From contig CAVSGI010000015.1 in NCBI GenBank assembly GCA_963727445.1, positions 352,001-416,000 of the forward strand: 64,000 nt of DNA. The letters run 5' to 3'. The position numbers and the translations under genes were made by a program. Shown piece by piece: positions 60,633 through 64,000 of this stretch (its first letter is position 1; each line of letters opens with the position of its first letter). The stretch comes from an uncultured delta proteobacterium (GTDB lineage: Bacteria > Myxococcota_A > Polyangia > Polyangiales > B10-G4). The notes under the pieces are model-generated. The model was not told the origin of the DNA. It did not search any database and saw nothing but the letters and a program-made list of their open reading frames with translations.

Positions 60633-61853
60633 TTGGCCAACCTCGGCTACATCCAGGTCGTTCGGCACTGCAATCACTTCTGCGGGTTCTGCTCGAACCC
60701 GACGACGCCGTACACGCACGACTTTTCGTCGATGAAGGTGCTGGTCGACGACTTCGTCGCGCGCGGCTACTTCGGGGTGATCCTCACGGGCGGCGAGCCG
60801 TCGCTGCACCCCGAGCTGCCGAAGATCTGCGCCTACGCGCGCGAGCAGGGGCTGCACGTTCGCATGATCACCAACGGTCATCGCCTCGCCGACCCCGCCT
60901 TCGCGAAGGACATGGCCGACGCGGGCCTGTCGCTGGTGCACGTCTCCATCTACTCGGTGCGACCAGAGGTCGAGGAGCGCCTTCGCGGCACCACAGCCAC
61001 CCTCGCGCGCGCGTTCGCCGCGATGGACAACGCCCATCGTTTCGGCGTCGAGGTCAACGTCAACTGCGTCATCAACAAGCTCAACGCCGACCACCTCGAC
61101 GAGAACATCCGCCACTACCTCGCGCATCACTCCTACGTACGCCACTTCGTGTGGAACAACCTCGACCCCTCGATGGGGCGCGCCGAGGTGAACCAGGCGC
61201 AGTTCACGCCGCGCCTCGCCGACTTCGAGCTCTCGCTCACCCGGGCGATGCGCCTCCTTCATCGCTCCGGCCGGACCTTTCGCGTCGAGAAGGTGCCGCT
61301 CTGCTACATGGGCGAGTTCCCCTGGGCGAGCACCGAGACGCGCAAGATCGTCAAAGGCGAGGAGCGCATCGTACACTTCCTCGACGCCAAGCAGACGGTG
61401 CGCCAGGTCGACTGGGAGCACATCTACGCGGAGGGCTGCGGCGTGTGCTCGCTCCGGCACGTCTGCGGCGGTCTCTTCGATCGTGGCGGCGGCTACGACC
61501 CGGCAGAGCTCTCGCCGGTCTTCGTCGATCGCGACGCCGTCGTCCGGGCGATCCTCGAGGACCCCACCGACCCCAGCTACCGCGATCGCTATCCCTCCCT
61601 CGCCGCCTGGGAAGCGGACTTCCAGAAGCGCCTCGAGGAGTCCCGCGAACGCGCGGCGCTGCGTGCGGCCGCGGGGCACGACGACGACGACATGCCGCCC
61701 CCCGAGATGCGCGAGCCCGACGCGCCCAGGGTCGGGCAGGTCACGGACCGCGGCCGGAGGCTCTTCGAATCGAAACGACGCCGCGAACAGGACAAAGCCG
61801 CGGGTCTCGGCGTCGAGATGGAGCGGCTGAAGGCGCAGCTCCCCGATGAGTGA
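60633..61853 (+). CDS. Radical SAM protein (resembles His-Xaa-Ser system maturases)
   Basis: CNHFCGFC, LTGGEP, TNG, VPLCYM, C-terminal CGVCSLRHVCGG; TTG start inferred. Confidence 0.85.
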   Translation: MANLGYIQVVRHCNHFCGFCSNPTTPYTHDFSSMKVLVDDFVARGYFGVILTGGEPSLHPELPKICAYAREQGLHVRMITNGHRLADPAFAKDMADAGLSLVHVSIYSVRPEVEERLRGTTATLARAFAAMDNAHRFGVEVNVNCVINKLNADHLDENIRHYLAHHSYVRHFVWNNLDPSMGRAEVNQAQFTPRLADFELSLTRAMRLLHRSGRTFRVEKVPLCYMGEFPWASTETRKIVKGEERIVHFLDAKQTVRQVDWEHIYAEGCGVCSLRHVCGGLFDRGGGYDPAELSPVFVDRDAVVRAILEDPTDPSYRDRYPSLAAWEADFQKRLEESRERAALRAAAGHDDDDMPPPEMREPDAPRVGQVTDRGRRLFESKRRREQDKAAGLGVEMERLKAQLPDE

Positions 61854-61892
61854 GGGAACAAAGAACCAGCCCTCGGGCGTTGACCATCGCCG

Positions 61893-62459
61893 ATGACCGG
61901 GCCGAAGCCGTGCGAGGAATGCGGAAAGCCGATGAGCGCGGCGGCGGTCGCCTGTCCTCATTGCGGCACGCGTCAGGCCGGTCGCGATCCCCTCCCTGAA
62001 CACGAACGACCCGCGCCGGGGCCGATGGCGAAGGCCAAGCTCTCCAGCGAAGAGATGGCCGCGATGCTCGCCATCGACAGCGTCAAGTCACCCAAGGTCG
62101 AGAGCGGACCCGGACTCTTCTCGGTGCTCCTCCTTCCCCATCCGATGACGAGCGGCGTGGCTCGCATTCTCGACGTGCTGCTCACGATCGTCGCTCATGC
62201 CGCTGATGGTCGCCGGCATCGTGCTCCTGATGCTCTTCGGCGGCCGGCGTCGCACCTTCGTCGCCGCCACTCGTCGGCTCAAAGGCCGGGTCGAGCTCAC
62301 CGCCGCGGCCTTCGCGGCCATCCTCGGATAGCGTCAGCCTTCCTGTCCCTCGGCGTCCTCTTCCCACTTCCCATCGACGTCCCGCCCCTGGTGATGGCCG
62401 CCACGGGCAGCGCCGCCCTCGTCGCGCGCGCCTTCGTCCGAACCGCGGCCGAGAAATAG
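61893..62459 (+). CDS. Zinc-ribbon membrane protein, apparently carrying two compensating indels
   Basis: CEECG...CPHCG; the hydrophobic segment reads in the +1 frame from 62197 to 62328. Confidence 0.6.
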   Translation: MTGPKPCEECGKPMSAAAVACPHCGTRQAGRDPLPEHERPAPGPMAKAKLSSEEMAAMLAIDSVKSPKVESGPGLFSVLLLPHPMTSGVARILDVLLTIVAHAADGRRHRAPDALRRPASHLRRRHSSAQRPGRAHRRGLRGHPRIASAFLSLGVLFPLPIDVPPLVMAATGSAALVARAFVRTAAEK

Positions 62460-62529
62460 GGCCTCGGCGTTCACCAGCCGCCCGCCCGCCTTGACGACAC
62501 CCAGCGCCCCCAGAGATAACCCGTTCGCC

Positions 62530-64000
62530 ATGCTCCGCTCCGCGTCCATCCTCGCCCTCGTCCTCTTTTCCGCGTGTGGTCCCTCCAGCCTGAGCACCGG
62601 CGGCACGACGGCGGCGACCGTTTCCGTCGGGGGTGGCGATCGCGCCATCGAGACCGTCACCGACCTCGACACCGTTCGCGACGTCGCGGTGAGCGGCGAG
62701 CGCGTCTTCGTGGCGACCGACTTCGGGCTCCTCCTTCACTGGCCCTCCGGGGACGAGCGCCCGATGCGCCTGCGGACCGCGCGGGGCATGCCGAGCGATG
62801 ACGTCCGCGCGGTGGTCGTCGATGGCAACGGTCACGCCATCGCCGCGACCGACCGAGGGGTGGTCGAGGTGGACGCCGAAGGAAACGTCTCACCCTTCGC
62901 CGACGCGCCGCCCGTGAGTCACGTCACGACCATGGCGATGACGGGCGACGGGACGCTCTGGGCCGGGGGCGTCGCCGGTCTCGCCCGCTTTCAGAATGGC
63001 GCCTGGGTGCGCTTCGGCGAGCCGATGGCCGTCACCACCATCACCCAGACGCCGGACGGCCAGCTCTGGGTAGGCGCCACCAACGGCCTCTACCTCATCG
63101 AGGGCGACGTCATCCGCGAGCACGGCATCGGTCGCGGTCTGCCCGAGCCCTACGTGCGCTCGGTGGTCCCGGTTCGCCCCGGCGAGGTCCTGGCCCTCCT
63201 TCAGGGCCCGAACGACGAGAAGATCGGGTACTGGAATGGCGACCGCTGGTTCGCCTACACGGTCAACCTCGACGCGCCGGCCGTCGATCTCGTGCAGCGA
63301 AGCGGTCAGACCCTCCTCATCACCCCCGCCAACGCCTTCGCGATCACCCCGGAGCTCGAGAGCGGCGCGGTGCGCCTCACGCCCCTGTCCATGTCCGAGC
63401 TGCGCAGCGTGCGCAGCTACGGCGCGCGCATCCTGACCCCGGACGAGATCGATGCCCCCGCCGAGGGCCAAGAGCCGCCCGCCGATGTCGCGCGCGAGCC
63501 GCTGCGCCTCGCCCTCGTCCCCGAAAACCAGCCGTCCATGGACGCGCCGCCCTTCGGCATCCGCCCGGTGAACATCGAGATGCCGGTGGACACCTACTGG
63601 GCGAAGGGGATCGGCGACAGCCTCTATCTCGCGGATCGCAACCGCGGCGTGGAGAAGCTAGACGACAACGGCTTCGCCGTGAAGCTGCGCAGCCTCGACC
63701 TGGTGGCAGAGCGCGACCTCCAGATCGCCATCGACGCCTCCCGCAACACCTGGGTGCTGAGCGCCGACCAGTCCATCGCCCTCTTCCGCGACGGTCGCCT
63801 CGAGCGCGTCCCCGCGCCCGAGGGCGTGCAGATCCAGTCCCTCGCGAACGGCCCCGACGGCGCCTACGTCCTCACTCGCGTCAGCGATCAGCCCTCGACG
63901 GTCCGGCTCTACCGCGTGAGCACCGACGGCTGGACGCAGCAGATGGAGCGCGAGCTCACGGTGGACCCGCCGCTGGTGTCGATCCCCTTCTTCGGCATCA
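62530..64000 (+). CDS. Lipoprotein with two-component-regulator-type beta-propeller repeats (3' truncated)
   Basis: Lipobox FSAC; GMPSDDVRAV, DGQLWVGATNGL and GLPEPYVRSV repeats; open to the window end. Confidence 0.75.
   Translation, partial: MLRSASILALVLFSACGPSSLSTGGTTAATVSVGGGDRAIETVTDLDTVRDVAVSGERVFVATDFGLLLHWPSGDERPMRLRTARGMPSDDVRAVVVDGNGHAIAATDRGVVEVDAEGNVSPFADAPPVSHVTTMAMTGDGTLWAGGVAGLARFQNGAWVRFGEPMAVTTITQTPDGQLWVGATNGLYLIEGDVIREHGIGRGLPEPYVRSVVPVRPGEVLALLQGPNDEKIGYWNGDRWFAYTVNLDAPAVDLVQRSGQTLLITPANAFAITPELESGAVRLTPLSMSELRSVRSYGARILTPDEIDAPAEGQEPPADVAREPLRLALVPENQPSMDAPPFGIRPVNIEMPVDTYWAKGIGDSLYLADRNRGVEKLDDNGFAVKLRSLDLVAERDLQIAIDASRNTWVLSADQSIALFRDGRLERVPAPEGVQIQSLANGPDGAYVLTRVSDQPSTVRLYRVSTDGWTQQMERELTVDPPLVSIPFFGI

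Noticed and set aside
58800..62003. 1067-aa and 723-aa ORFs suggesting radical SAM/propeller fusions
   Set aside because: The extensions are antisense shadows of two divergent genes starting at 60545 and 60633.

Overview
High-GC, gene-dense bacterial chromosome segment. The gene content (PP2C phosphatase and Ser/Thr kinase, DUF4388, many Cys-rich lipoproteins with 'DAG' linkers, a Myxococcus-type LexA box) suggests a myxobacterium (Myxococcota, probably Polyangia); this is inference. About 55 CDS are present, mostly housekeeping: dnaJ/cbpA-like, uppS, cdsA, gdhA, Omp85, an NtrY-like kinase, the imuA-imuB-dnaE2 SOS cassette, an Fpg/Nei glycosylase, dppBC, a lytic transglycosylase, ggt, gshB and two MscS genes. 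I saw no tRNA, rRNA, CRISPR array, integrase or transposase. Highlights: (1) an EF-hand NOX5-type NADPH oxidase whose O2-pocket His appears replaced by Phe, translationally coupled to a pentaheme cytochrome c lipoprotein that ends in a flavinylation-like motif, a candidate Ca2+-gated trans-membrane electron conduit; (2) a lipoprotein kinase with Fam20C/Four-jointed motifs; (3) a roughly 900-bp nested inverted-repeat element whose 28-bp core recurs 17 kb away; (4) three +1 frameshifts, all at the motif GCAGATC, probably a methylation-linked sequencing artefact; (5) a parS palindrome, a pseudo-Fic protein and many apparently leaderless genes. All family calls come from motif recognition by eye; no database searches were run.
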